A stretch of DNA of 64,000 nucleotides from Candidatus Micrarchaeia archaeon (GTDB taxonomy: Archaea; Micrarchaeota; Micrarchaeia; Micrarchaeales; CABMGC01), in the NCBI GenBank assembly GCA_049964835.1, contig JBMFWW010000002.1:20132-84131 (forward strand), read 5' to 3'. Of this stretch, positions 50,101-60,513 are shown piece by piece. The notes below the pieces were generated by a model. The model searched no databases, had not been told where the DNA came from, and saw nothing but the letters and a program-made list of their open reading frames with translations. The position numbers and the translations under genes were made by a program. Each line of letters begins with the position of its first letter. The stretch's first letter is position 1.

Positions 50101-51609
50101 ATGTTAAAGCTACAAAGTGCAATTGAATATTTAATTACGTACGGCTGGGCAATTCTTATAATAGCTATTGTGCTTGTTACATTATTCGAGCTTGGATTAT
50201 TTACACCTAAACCAATAAAGCAATGTGTTATCGAAGCTGGGTTTTCTTGCAGTAATTATTATCTAAATTCGCAAGGAGTTCTTACATTTACATTAAAACA
50301 ACAAACATCTAATCCTGTAAATATTACAGGAATAGCATGCTATGAAAATGGGACATTACTTTCAGGACAGGCGCCATATAATCCTCCTACAAATGAAGTT
50401 TTCATGCCAGTAGGTACATCTTATACATTCTATGCACAATGTTACTCTAGTAATACAATACCATTTTCTGGAAATATAGGTGATTATTTTACTGGATCAG
50501 TAGCTATTTATTATAAAGATGCAATAACTCATCTTACTGAGTTAGCAGTTGGCTCATTAACAGTTCCAGTAAGTACAGATACGCCTACATTATTAAGTGC
50601 AAATCCAGATACTGAAAATTCAATAAAGATAACTATAATAAATATTGCTTCTAATACCGTTCCACAGAACTTCCAGCAAGAACTTTCCATCAATCCAAGT
50701 GCATTTGCACAGTACGGACTAAATCAAAATATGAGCAATCTCATATTCACAACAGGAGCATACGGCAGCGGAAGTCCAATAGATGCTTGGATAGAAAGCG
50801 GCGCGAGCAACACCGCAACAAACTCTATAATATGGTTAAATTTACCAAGTAGTATTTCACCTAATGGAGGAACAGAAACTGTATATATGAGTTTTCTTAC
50901 AGATAACACTCCCGTCGCTTCGGGCTACACTGGTTATGCTCCACAATTATACTGTGCGTCTGGATGTTTTCAAACAACTTATGCAGAATATGATAATGGA
51001 AATAATGTGTTTCCTGTTTATTTCAATGCAAATACATTATTATCTAGATTTACAACATATGATGTCGGAACCTTGTCACAAACTACACTTAATGGAGAAC
51101 CAGTAATATCTATTGTAGGAGATTCAATTTTTGGTTATGGGTGGGCTGGTTTTTCAAATCCAATTCCTTCTTCATTCATAATAGACGGATGGATATATAC
51201 AACACAATCGTCAGATATTGTTGGTTTTACATCACAAGCATCAACTTTAGGAAATGGCTATTTATTTGGTGCAGGAACTGGCGCAGGAGATACATATGTT
51301 AGTATTTCAAAAATGACATCAGGTTCAGTTTCTAATTTGGCAAATTCAGGTCCAGAAAATGCAAATAATTGGGAATATGTACAAATTAGTTATAATAATG
51401 GGGCTATGAATATGCAAGGAGGAACATCCCCTTCAAATTTCTTATACAGCATAAGTGCTACAGATACCTCTTATACTTCAGGTTATGTAGGAATAGCTGA
51501 ATCAGGTAACACTGGAAATAATTATTATCGTTATATGTTTGTTCGTGCCTACCCGCCAGAAGGAAAGATGCCAATAGTTTCATGCAGCGTAGGTATATGC
51601 AACAACTGA
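50101..51609 (+). CDS. Class III signal peptide (pilin-like) surface protein with DUF2341-like domain, paralog A
   Basis: KL|QSAIEYLITYGWAILII; FQQEL...AWIESG....IWLNLP; YDNG.NVF..Y. Confidence 0.8.
   Translation: MLKLQSAIEYLITYGWAILIIAIVLVTLFELGLFTPKPIKQCVIEAGFSCSNYYLNSQGVLTFTLKQQTSNPVNITGIACYENGTLLSGQAPYNPPTNEVFMPVGTSYTFYAQCYSSNTIPFSGNIGDYFTGSVAIYYKDAITHLTELAVGSLTVPVSTDTPTLLSANPDTENSIKITIINIASNTVPQNFQQELSINPSAFAQYGLNQNMSNLIFTTGAYGSGSPIDAWIESGASNTATNSIIWLNLPSSISPNGGTETVYMSFLTDNTPVASGYTGYAPQLYCASGCFQTTYAEYDNGNNVFPVYFNANTLLSRFTTYDVGTLSQTTLNGEPVISIVGDSIFGYGWAGFSNPIPSSFIIDGWIYTTQSSDIVGFTSQASTLGNGYLFGAGTGAGDTYVSISKMTSGSVSNLANSGPENANNWEYVQISYNNGAMNMQGGTSPSNFLYSISATDTSYTSGYVGIAESGNTGNNYYRYMFVRAYPPEGKMPIVSCSVGICNN
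50688..50999 (+). repeat. Inverted-repeat cassettes, copy 1 (50688-50821, 50923-50999)
   Basis: 133/134 and 75/77 identical to the reverse complement of 56612-56745 and 56434-56510. Confidence 0.92.
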
Positions 51610-51618
51610 GTTGTTATT

Positions 51619-52212
51619 ATGAAAAAAGTATTTATTTACCCTAAGTTTTATAGAACTCTAAAAAGGGGTCCACAAGTTATTCTACCAAAAGATATTGGAA
51701 TAATACTTTCTTATGCCTGTATAAATAAGGATAGCGTCTGTGCCGATGCCGGTACTGGCAGTGGTTGGCTTGCAGTAAGTATGGCTAGAGTAGCAAAGCA
51801 TGTTTATACTTACGATATAAGGGAGGATTTCATAAAAATAGCACAAAAAAATGTTGAGATTGCAAATTTAAATAATATAACAATAACAGAATGTGACGTT
51901 ACAAAAAAAATAGATGCGAAGAATGTAGATATATTTACATTAGATATGCCTAACGCTGAAAAAGCGCTAAAGAATGTAAAGAAAGCACTCAAAGAAAATG
52001 GTATTGTAGTTGGATACTTACCTCACATGGAACAGGTAGTTGCATTTACAAAAAAATTAAATGCATTAAAATTTGAAGAGCCATATGTTTTAGAATGTAT
52101 ACTGAGAGATATTTTAGTTAGAGAAAATGGAATGCGTCCTTCTACAAAAGGCATTTGGCATACTGCGTATTTGGTTTTTTCAAGAAAACCTGCTAAAAAT
52201 TTAGATCAGTAA
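51619..52212 (+). CDS. trmI: tRNA m1A57/58 methyltransferase (catalytic domain)
   Basis: KRGPQVILPKD, DAGTGSG, LDMP, Y.P..EQ, MRP....HTAYL. Confidence 0.88.
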   Translation: MKKVFIYPKFYRTLKRGPQVILPKDIGIILSYACINKDSVCADAGTGSGWLAVSMARVAKHVYTYDIREDFIKIAQKNVEIANLNNITITECDVTKKIDAKNVDIFTLDMPNAEKALKNVKKALKENGIVVGYLPHMEQVVAFTKKLNALKFEEPYVLECILRDILVRENGMRPSTKGIWHTAYLVFSRKPAKNLDQ

Positions 52213-52325
52213 AGTTGAAAATTTAAAAAGTTTTAAATAAATTATGTGATTAATACTATAGATACATATAAAATTAATTAAAAGTTATCAAACAACTACA
52301 AAATACTAAATACAATGGTGAAAAA

Positions 52326-52625
52326 ATGGCAGACGAAGAAAAAATGGAAAAAACTACGGGAGAAAATATTGTTTTGATCGGTAAGAAGCCAGCAATGAAC
52401 TACGTTCTTGCCGTAGTCACACAATTTAACAACGGAGCTAAAAGTGTAAAGATAAGAGCAAGAGGAAATGCAATCTCAAGAGCTGTAGATGTAGCAGAAA
52501 TAGCAAAGAATAGATTTGTAACAGACGTAAATGTATCTAGCATTGTGATTGGTTCTGAAGAGCTATCTAACGAAGATGGTACAAAATCTAAGGTAAGCTC
52601 AATAGAGATAATGCTTGGAAGATAA
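52326..52625 (+). CDS. albA: Chromatin protein Alba
   Basis: [32 protein letters not shown]. Confidence 0.96.
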   Translation: MADEEKMEKTTGENIVLIGKKPAMNYVLAVVTQFNNGAKSVKIRARGNAISRAVDVAEIAKNRFVTDVNVSSIVIGSEELSNEDGTKSKVSSIEIMLGR

Positions 52626-52707
52626 TCTTATTTTTTATTTTTTATTTCTCTTTTTTATTTTAAAAATTCTTATAAATCTTCTTATTTATATAATACTGGT
52701 GTTTTAA

Positions 52708-54006
52708 TTGAATAATTCTTACCGGACTAATTACATATCAGATATAGACAATACTTTGATAGGCAAAAAAATAAAAATCTCAGGCTGGGTTCATGAAGTT
52801 CGAGATATAGGTCACATAATCTTTTTATTAATAAGAGATAATACAGGAATAATACAGGTAACAGCTAAAAAAGGAGTTACTGATGATGAAGTAATGAAAT
52901 CATTATTACTTCCTAAAGAAAGCGTCGTTTCACTAACTGGGACAGTAGTAGAAAATAAGCAAGCAAAAATGGGTATCGAATTACTTCCAACAGATATTAA
53001 AAATCTAAATCCAATAACTAGTACTATACCATTCGAGGTAACCGGAAAGGTACCCGCCGATTTAGATGTCAGATTAAACTTTAGATATATTGACTTAAGA
53101 AGAGCGCAAAGCACATCGATCTTTAAAATAGAATCTACCGTTCTTAAAACTTTTAGAAAGACTTTAGAAAAAGAGGGTTTTCTAGAGATACGTACACCAT
53201 CTATTGTTAAAGAAGCTACGGAGGGTGGAACTGAATTATTTAAACTTCAGTACTTTGAAAGCGATGCATATTTAGCTCAATCTCCACAGCTGTATAAGCA
53301 GCTTACAGTTATAGGCGGCTTTGACAGAGTTTTTATGGTTGCTCCAGTATTTAGAGCTGAAAAGCATAACACATTATTTCATCTAAATGAAATAACTCAA
53401 ATGGATGTAGAGATGGGTTTTTCAGATCATAACGACGCAATAAAAATTCTTAAGAAATCAGTTTTAAAGATAATAGAAGCGGTAAAGAAGGAAAATACAA
53501 AAGAGCTTGAAATACTTAATGTAGAACTTGCAGCAGGAAAAATTAAAGAAATTACTTATAAAAAAGCGATAGAAGAGTTATCGAAAAACGGCTCAAAGAT
53601 ATCTTACGGAGATGATTTCTCAAAAGAGGACGAAATTAATTTAAGTAAAATATTTGGCGATTTGCTTGTGGTAAAAGAGTATCCCACAAATATAAGAGCA
53701 TTTTATAGTATGCCTAACCAAAAAGACCCTACACTATCAAATTCTTTTGACTTTATATACAAAGGTTTAGAGTTATCTAGTGGCGCTCAAAGAATTCACA
53801 TACCTGAATTACTTGAAGAAGCGCTTGTAAAAAGAGGCAATAATCCTAGAGCATTTGATTTTTATATAAATGCATTTAGAAATGGAGCTCCACCACATGC
53901 AGGATGGTCAATAGGTCTTGAAAGATTTGTAATGAAACTTACCAATTCGCAGAATATACGAGAATGCGTTCTATTTCCAAGAGATAGAACAAGACTCATC
54001 CCTTAG
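52708..54006 (+). CDS. aspS: Aspartyl-tRNA synthetase (archaeal type)
   Basis: GWVHEVRDIG, LAQSPQLYKQ, FRAE.H.T..HLNE, ELSSGAQRIH, GLER, FPRD. Confidence 0.95.
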   Translation: MNNSYRTNYISDIDNTLIGKKIKISGWVHEVRDIGHIIFLLIRDNTGIIQVTAKKGVTDDEVMKSLLLPKESVVSLTGTVVENKQAKMGIELLPTDIKNLNPITSTIPFEVTGKVPADLDVRLNFRYIDLRRAQSTSIFKIESTVLKTFRKTLEKEGFLEIRTPSIVKEATEGGTELFKLQYFESDAYLAQSPQLYKQLTVIGGFDRVFMVAPVFRAEKHNTLFHLNEITQMDVEMGFSDHNDAIKILKKSVLKIIEAVKKENTKELEILNVELAAGKIKEITYKKAIEELSKNGSKISYGDDFSKEDEINLSKIFGDLLVVKEYPTNIRAFYSMPNQKDPTLSNSFDFIYKGLELSSGAQRIHIPELLEEALVKRGNNPRAFDFYINAFRNGAPPHAGWSIGLERFVMKLTNSQNIRECVLFPRDRTRLIP

Positions 54007-54014
54007 GTTTTAAA

Positions 54015-54668
54015 ATGTCCAAAATGTTAAGTGAAAAAGAAGCCAACGAAATGCTTAAGATACTTAAAAAGGAATATCCAAATGTACATTATTACTTAAA
54101 TTACAAAACACCTCTAGAGTTGTTAGTATGTGCAATACTTTCTGCACAAACTAGAGACGAAGTTGTAAATAAAGCAACACCAGAATTATTTAAAAAGTTT
54201 GATACTGCGCATACGTTTTCAAAAGCCACACCAGATCAGTTAAATGAATATATAAAAAGTATAACCTTTTTTCAGGCCAAATCAAAAAACATAATAGAAG
54301 CATGTAAAGTCATTGTTGAAAAATATGATGGAAATGTTCCAAGAACAATGGGTGATCTTTTGTCTCTTCCCGGAATAGGGAGAAAAACAGCAAATACTAT
54401 TTTAATAAATGCTTATGGGATAGTTGAAGGTATACCAGTAGATACTTGGGTTATAAAATTATCTACCAGAATGGGTTTTACAAAAAATAAAAATCCTGAT
54501 AAAATAGAAAATGATCTTATGAACTTATTTAAAAAAGAGTACTGGAAGGATTTAGCTTATCTTTTTAAAACACATGGAAAAGCTATTTGTAAATCTACCG
54601 TTCCTATCTGCAGCAAATGTTCAGTATCAAAATTATGTCCAAAGATAGGTGTAGAAAAATATCTCTGA
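54015..54668 (+). CDS. nth: Endonuclease III
   Basis: ILSAQT.D, LPGIGRKTAN (HhH), VDT, C-x6-C-x2-C-x5-C. Confidence 0.94.
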   Translation: MSKMLSEKEANEMLKILKKEYPNVHYYLNYKTPLELLVCAILSAQTRDEVVNKATPELFKKFDTAHTFSKATPDQLNEYIKSITFFQAKSKNIIEACKVIVEKYDGNVPRTMGDLLSLPGIGRKTANTILINAYGIVEGIPVDTWVIKLSTRMGFTKNKNPDKIENDLMNLFKKEYWKDLAYLFKTHGKAICKSTVPICSKCSVSKLCPKIGVEKYL

Positions 54669-54672
54669 TAAT

Positions 54673-55950
54673 ATGGAATTAATATCTGATTTTCACACAC
54701 ATTCAAAATATGCGGGAGCCTGTAGTGAAAACTTAACAATTAAAAATATATCTAGAACATGTGTTGAAAAGGGAATAAATTTAATAAGTACCGGAGATTT
54801 TACACATCCATTGTGGTTCAAAGAAATAAAGGAAAATTTAATTGATACTGGAAGTGGCATATTTAAAAATAAAAACACTAGCACCTCTCCATACTTTATA
54901 CTTGGCACAGAGGTATGTACAGTATATAATAAAAATAATGAATCAAAAGGTATATTTTCAAGAGCTCCCGGAATAAAAAAGGTTCACAACTGCATACTTG
55001 CTCCAAATTTAGAAACAGCAGAATCAATAAATGTGGAGTTAGCAAAGTACGGTTCTTTATCTATCGATGGAAGACCGATTTTAAATATTTCTACACCTGA
55101 ACTTGTTGAAAAATTAATCTCTATAAATAAAGATATTTTTATATTTCCGGCACATGCATGGACACCATGGTTTGGTGTTTTTGGCTCAATTTCTGGATTC
55201 GATTCGATAAAAGAAGCTTATGAAGATCAATCAAAACATATACATGCTATAGAGACCGGGCTTAGCAGCGATCCTTCGATGAACTGGAGAATATCAAGTA
55301 TTGATAAGTATGCTTTAATATCTGGTAGTGATGCACATTCTCCACAGAAGTTAGGTAGAGAAGCAACAATCATAAAATTAAATGATCTTACATATAAAGA
55401 TGTAATAAACTCAATAATTTCTAAAAATATATCTTATACAGTAGAGTTTTTTCCAGAGGAGGGCAAATATCACTTCGATGGACATAGAAACTGTAATATT
55501 TCATTATCACCTGAAGACTCAAAAAAATACAATAATTTGTGCCCAAAATGCAGGAAGAAATTAACCTTAGGCGTGCTAAATAGAGTAGAGCAATTATCAG
55601 ATAGAGATGAAGGCTATGTTTTAAAAAATGCGCCTCCTTTTATAAAGATGGTGCCTTTAATAGAGGTAATATCTTACATTTACTCAAAAGGTAAAGCATC
55701 AAAAACTGTACTTGAAACTTATAATAATCTTATAAAAACTTTTGGAACAGAGTTTAACTTGCTACTAAATGCAGATATAGAAAAGATAAACTCTTGCGAT
55801 GTAAATTTAGGAAAAGCAATTGATTCTATAAGATCAGGAAAGATAAATATAAAACCAGGTTACGATGGAGTTTTTGGAATTATAGATATTCTATCACGAG
55901 AGCCAAATGAGAAAAATAAAGGTTACCAGAAGACAATTCAGGAATTCTAA
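54673..55950 (+). CDS. Endonuclease Q family (PHP domain plus Zn ribbon)
   Basis: DFHTHSKY, TGDFTHP, PAHAWTPW, ETGLSSD, SDAHS, GKYH.DGHR.C, CPKC, PGYDG.FG. Confidence 0.88.
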   Translation: MELISDFHTHSKYAGACSENLTIKNISRTCVEKGINLISTGDFTHPLWFKEIKENLIDTGSGIFKNKNTSTSPYFILGTEVCTVYNKNNESKGIFSRAPGIKKVHNCILAPNLETAESINVELAKYGSLSIDGRPILNISTPELVEKLISINKDIFIFPAHAWTPWFGVFGSISGFDSIKEAYEDQSKHIHAIETGLSSDPSMNWRISSIDKYALISGSDAHSPQKLGREATIIKLNDLTYKDVINSIISKNISYTVEFFPEEGKYHFDGHRNCNISLSPEDSKKYNNLCPKCRKKLTLGVLNRVEQLSDRDEGYVLKNAPPFIKMVPLIEVISYIYSKGKASKTVLETYNNLIKTFGTEFNLLLNADIEKINSCDVNLGKAIDSIRSGKINIKPGYDGVFGIIDILSREPNEKNKGYQKTIQEF

Positions 55951-55961
55951 TCTTCACAATA

Positions 55962-57359
55962 TCAATTACAGCTTCCTATACTACATGAAACTGAAGGTAT
56001 CTGCCCGTTTACCGGGTAATCTGCCAATGCTAGATAACTTACTGTAAAGTAGACGTACGTATTTATAGAATTTGCATTTAAGCTGTCTATAGTATAAAGA
56101 AACATATCATTGTTGGGTGCTAGTGACATCATTTGTAATTGACCTTTACTAACCCCTGGATCAGGACTACAATAATAACCTGTAGTTAACCAGCACCAGA
56201 TCACTCCTCCAGGACCTGAAACCATAGGTACATAAGAAAGTAGAATTCCGTTGCTTGTATCTATATTGCTGTTTATCGATAGCAAACCTTCATACTGGTT
56301 ATTACCACACCCTATTGTATTCATTGTATAACCATTATCTATAGTAAGTCCAGAAGAGCACGCTTGTGGGTTACTAAATATATTGCTTAGTTGGGTTCCT
56401 TTAAAGTCGCTATAAAGATTAAACAACTGCGCCCCATTATCATATTCTGCATAAGTTGTTTGAAAACATCCAGACGCGCAGTATAATTGCGGAGCATAAC
56501 CAGTGTAGCCTAATGAAACTGGTTCGTTGCTAGAGACAATATTCATATAGATATTTTCTTTCCCGTTATTTGCATTTATTCCGGAAGGAAGTTTAACCCA
56601 AATTGTAGATGTTGTTGCGGTGTTGCTCGCGCCGCTTTCTATCCAAGCATCGATTGGACTTCCGCTGCCGTATGCTCCTGTTGTGAATATGAGATTGCTC
56701 ATATTTTGATTTAGTCCGTACTGTGCAAATGCACTTGGATTGATGCTTATTTCTTGTTGAAATCCAGATGGCACTGGCATATTTTGTGAGTTTGTTATAG
56801 TCAACTGATCAGAAAATTCGACACCAACCTGCGCTGGATTTACTCCTCCAGTTTCTGTTGGTTTTATAGATACGGTACCCTCTAACTCTCCAGCAATTCC
56901 ATTTTTAGGGTTTACATAGGTTACAGACAATTCACCAGAAAAGTAGCCGCCAAAACTGCTATTATACATTTTATTGTTTGCATAACATTGTGTATAAAAG
57001 CTACCAGAACCGTCAGGGGATAAATAAAATTGACCCAAACTTGTACCCGGCTTTTGGTAATTAATTGTGTTTGTACTTTCATAACATGCTATTCCTGTAA
57101 CATTTATTGGCTGATTACCACTGTTTAACAATGTTAACATAAGTATTCCATTTGTATTCATTACATAACTTTGGCAAACTACCCCATTATTTAATAAACA
57201 TTGATTTATAGGTCCTGGAGAAAAAACACCAAGAAGATAAAGTCCAAAGAGAGCTATTGCTATTATTAACAATGCCCATCCATGAGTAATCAAGTACTCC
57301 ACTGTACTTTGTAGTTTAACTGTATTTTTAACACTTTTAACTTTAAAAATTCCGGCCAT
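55962..57359 (-). CDS. Class III signal peptide (pilin-like) surface protein with DUF2341-like domain, paralog B
   Basis: ATG 57359; VKL|QSTVEYLITHGWALLII; same architecture as 50101-51609. Confidence 0.8.
   Translation of the reverse strand: MAGIFKVKSVKNTVKLQSTVEYLITHGWALLIIAIALFGLYLLGVFSPGPINQCLLNNGVVCQSYVMNTNGILMLTLLNSGNQPINVTGIACYESTNTINYQKPGTSLGQFYLSPDGSGSFYTQCYANNKMYNSSFGGYFSGELSVTYVNPKNGIAGELEGTVSIKPTETGGVNPAQVGVEFSDQLTITNSQNMPVPSGFQQEISINPSAFAQYGLNQNMSNLIFTTGAYGSGSPIDAWIESGASNTATTSTIWVKLPSGINANNGKENIYMNIVSSNEPVSLGYTGYAPQLYCASGCFQTTYAEYDNGAQLFNLYSDFKGTQLSNIFSNPQACSSGLTIDNGYTMNTIGCGNNQYEGLLSINSNIDTSNGILLSYVPMVSGPGGVIWCWLTTGYYCSPDPGVSKGQLQMMSLAPNNDMFLYTIDSLNANSINTYVYFTVSYLALADYPVNGQIPSVSCSIGSCN
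56434..56745 (-). repeat. Inverted-repeat cassettes, copy 2 (56612-56745, 56434-56510)
   Basis: Reverse complement matches 50688-50821 and 50923-50999. Confidence 0.92.
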
Positions 57360-57420
57360 TTTGTTGTCAATACCATTATTAATAGAAAAGAATTTAAATA
57401 TTTGTTGTAAATAGTAATTT

Positions 57421-59337
57421 ATGTCCGGATTATTTTTTAATAAGAATAGATTGTTTTTTGTATCAGTAATTGCATTTTTAATATTTTCACTTACATCGGC
57501 ATACAATACATCTATACATGTTCCAGCCGTTTTAGGCAATACAAATACGGGGACCATAAGCATCATAAACTTAAGTGTTACTTCAGGAAACGGTAAAATC
57601 AGTATACTTGGTCCATCTAATGTAGGACAAAGTACATTGAATTCTGCAGAAACAGGTGTAGCTTATGCTTCTTCATTATTGAATCTTAACGAGTCGAAGT
57701 ATAACTTCACATATATTATTTATGATAACTTTTCTAATGTCACAGGTCCAAGCGGCGGATTAGCATTTACACTGTTAGCAATCTCCGGCTTAAAGCAAGT
57801 ACCTTTGAAGCAAAACTTCACACTTACGGGTACAATATCAAGCAATGGAGCAGTAGGTCCAATTGGAGGCATAACTGACAAGGTTGCCGCAGCTAAAAGT
57901 TATGGTTTAAATTATGTTCTAGCTCCAGCAGTACAAAATGGAAGTTTTGAGGATACTTTATATTACATATCTCAGCAAGTAAATAATATTCCTATAATAG
58001 AGGTAGGTAATGTTTCACAAGCCATTCCATATGCTTTTGTTGGTTATACTCCAAAGATAACTAGATTAAGTTATAATGCCTCAGCTGAAAATTATAATCT
58101 AAACATTTCAGAAGCACCATTTTCATGCATAAATTCTTGTAATCAATCGTATTTTGGTGGATTAGTAAATTACACATTCGGAATAACATCAAATGAAATA
58201 AGCTCTATATCAAATAATTTTTCAACTGTAAAATCACAACTAAATAAAAATTTAAATATTTATAAAGAAATTGCATCAAAAGGTTATCTATATACTGGAG
58301 CAGATCTTGCATTTCTCGAGTATATAGATGCATACACCTTTGCTAATACAAATAACTACACACTTCCTAAGGCAAATGCTCTTTTAAACTCAGTTTCAAA
58401 TTACTGCAATTCATTTGAGCCCACATTTATTACACCTCAAAATTATGAGTATATAATTAGCGGAGAGGTAAGACAGTCTTGGGCACAACAAAACATATTA
58501 ACTGCAAAAAGCATACTAAATCAAACACAATCAACTGATAATATAGTAGAAGCAATAAATGTGCTTGGTGAATCAAGTGCATGGTGTGCTGCAACAAAGA
58601 TTTTATATCAAGAAGCAAATGCAATAAATCAAAATAATAACTCTACAGTAGCTTATGGATTTTCAAAAAATCTTCAGAACATAGTATCTAACGATCTAAA
58701 TAATCTAAAAACTCAATCTATCTACGCTGGCGATTTATACTACGAAGCAGCAAATGCCAGTTACAATCAAGGCAGATTTGGCGCAGCTCTATACTCTATC
58801 TACTACTTAAAATCAGAGTCAAATACAACTCAGCCATCAAATTACTCCGAATCATATCTAGTAAACAATTTAACGAACATATCTGGACTATGGCCTATAG
58901 AGTATGCAAACTCTGCAGCTTTCTATGCTAATGAAGCCAATGTATCAAAAAGCAATAGTTCATCTCAAGGTTATCTAGGAGCATCGTATCCTTTAGCTTT
59001 GATTGCAATTTCTATAAATAAGCTAGATTCGTTATTAGCAAATACTCTTGTTCCTGGTGTAAATGTAAGTACAAACAGTACAGTTTCATCTATTTCAAGT
59101 ATAAATTCATCATCTGAATCTTCAATATTAGGACTTTTAGGTGAGGAGTTTCAGTCAATAAATACGATTCAGCAACAGGTAAAGAATCTTCAGCTTGCAA
59201 TGGAACTTGTAATAATAATGGTCGTAGTACTTCTAGTAGCTCTTATTTACTCATTAGGAAAGGAGTTCTCATTACGCAGAGAGATACTCAAAAAAGAGCA
59301 GCAACTGAAAAATATAACAAGCAAGAAAAGAAGATGA
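57421..59337 (+). CDS. Secreted, membrane-anchored Lon-like (S16) protease without ATPase domain
   Basis: Signal peptide; VTGPSGG (Ser), LTGTI...G.VGPIGGI.DK (Lys); C-terminal TM helix. Confidence 0.85.
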   Translation: MSGLFFNKNRLFFVSVIAFLIFSLTSAYNTSIHVPAVLGNTNTGTISIINLSVTSGNGKISILGPSNVGQSTLNSAETGVAYASSLLNLNESKYNFTYIIYDNFSNVTGPSGGLAFTLLAISGLKQVPLKQNFTLTGTISSNGAVGPIGGITDKVAAAKSYGLNYVLAPAVQNGSFEDTLYYISQQVNNIPIIEVGNVSQAIPYAFVGYTPKITRLSYNASAENYNLNISEAPFSCINSCNQSYFGGLVNYTFGITSNEISSISNNFSTVKSQLNKNLNIYKEIASKGYLYTGADLAFLEYIDAYTFANTNNYTLPKANALLNSVSNYCNSFEPTFITPQNYEYIISGEVRQSWAQQNILTAKSILNQTQSTDNIVEAINVLGESSAWCAATKILYQEANAINQNNNSTVAYGFSKNLQNIVSNDLNNLKTQSIYAGDLYYEAANASYNQGRFGAALYSIYYLKSESNTTQPSNYSESYLVNNLTNISGLWPIEYANSAAFYANEANVSKSNSSSQGYLGASYPLALIAISINKLDSLLANTLVPGVNVSTNSTVSSISSINSSSESSILGLLGEEFQSINTIQQQVKNLQLAMELVIIMVVVLLVALIYSLGKEFSLRREILKKEQQLKNITSKKRR

Positions 59338-59393
59338 GTGTTTTTGAGTAAGTACAAAAGCATGCATCTTTTATTCATTGGGGTTTTCACTTG

Positions 59394-59894
59394 ATGGCTA
59401 GAAATACTAATAATGATCCCTTCTGTAGTCCATCAATAAAAGGTAGTGTATTTTTTGAGAGCAAGAATACAATGGTTGTATACGATATAGCTCCTGTTAC
59501 TAAGGGACATTGCCTTATAATACCTAAAAGACATACACCTACAATATCTGATTTAAAAAAGTATGAGATAACTGACATATTTGTTGTATTAAAACAAATT
59601 TTGCCTGTTTTATTAGAATATTATTCGGACGAAACAAAATCATACAACTTTATAGCACAGGTAGGAAAATCTTCAGGAATGAGTATACCACATCTTCATT
59701 TTCATCTGATTCCAAGAAATAAAAATACTGAGGATAGTAAAGACGGTATAAACCACATATATAAAGACATAGATTCAAAGAGAAGATTATCAAAAGATGA
59801 ATACTATAAAGAGGTTTTATTTTTAAGAAAGTTATTTGATTATAAAGCTAATCAATATCTAAAAGATAATAAAAAAGATAAAAGACATAGATAA
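59394..59894 (+). CDS. HIT family hydrolase
   Basis: PVTKGHCLIIPKRH, HLHFHLIPR. Confidence 0.92.
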   Translation: MARNTNNDPFCSPSIKGSVFFESKNTMVVYDIAPVTKGHCLIIPKRHTPTISDLKKYEITDIFVVLKQILPVLLEYYSDETKSYNFIAQVGKSSGMSIPHLHFHLIPRNKNTEDSKDGINHIYKDIDSKRRLSKDEYYKEVLFLRKLFDYKANQYLKDNKKDKRHR

Positions 59895-60040
59895 AAGAAT
59901 TAATAAATCTAGATTTAAAAGTAAGTTAATATAGAAAATAATATCTGCTGTACTAAGTTTTTTTATCTTGCATGCAACTTTTGCATATATGCGATATTTT
60001 TAAATACTTGTGTGCATAATAAGTACTTATTGGTGAAACA

Positions 60041-60346
60041 ATGGCGAGAAGAGGAACTCAAAATATTGACGATATAGAACCTGAAAACTATAACTCTGGC
60101 AATATAAACGCACATATGAAAAGAATGCTTCATTACAAAGAAAGGCACTCAGGTTGGCACATATTTCAATCAGTTTATTGGGGAATCTTCCTTTTTGTCT
60201 TTGGGATAATATTAATACTTCAGCCAACATTAGGTTATACTGTTGAGTTTGCAGCAGGTTTAGTTCTTATAATATTATCATTGATGGTAGTAATATATGG
60301 ATTTGTTATCGCACTTCACTTAAAACTTTTGAAAAAATACGGTTGA
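60041..60346 (+). CDS. Small 2-TM membrane protein
   Basis: Two hydrophobic helices. Confidence 0.65.
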   Translation: MARRGTQNIDDIEPENYNSGNINAHMKRMLHYKERHSGWHIFQSVYWGIFLFVFGIILILQPTLGYTVEFAAGLVLIILSLMVVIYGFVIALHLKLLKKYG

Positions 60347-60513
60347 GATGTTTTTATCTTTTCCTATTTTAAATTTTTAAGAATAAAATAATTTTAAAAC
60401 AAACAAGAAATAAAAGCAAAAAATAAATTAAAGGATTAAAGATAATAAATTAAATATAAAGAGATAAATATAAAAAATAGAAAAAATGATAAATAAAATA
60501 AACATTTGATATT

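Noticed and set aside
50688..56745. Diversity-generating retroelement (TR/VR pair) as explanation for the shared cassettes
   Set aside because: Only three mismatches, all synonymous and not consistently adenine-specific; both copies are mid-gene; no reverse transcriptase in the window.
57360..57566. 69-aa N-terminal extension of pilin paralog B
   Set aside because: Overlaps the divergent Lon-like protease gene; the class III signal follows ATG 57359.
60350..60510. A-rich low-complexity tract with AAATAA-like units
   Set aside because: No regular repeat-spacer periodicity; not a CRISPR array.
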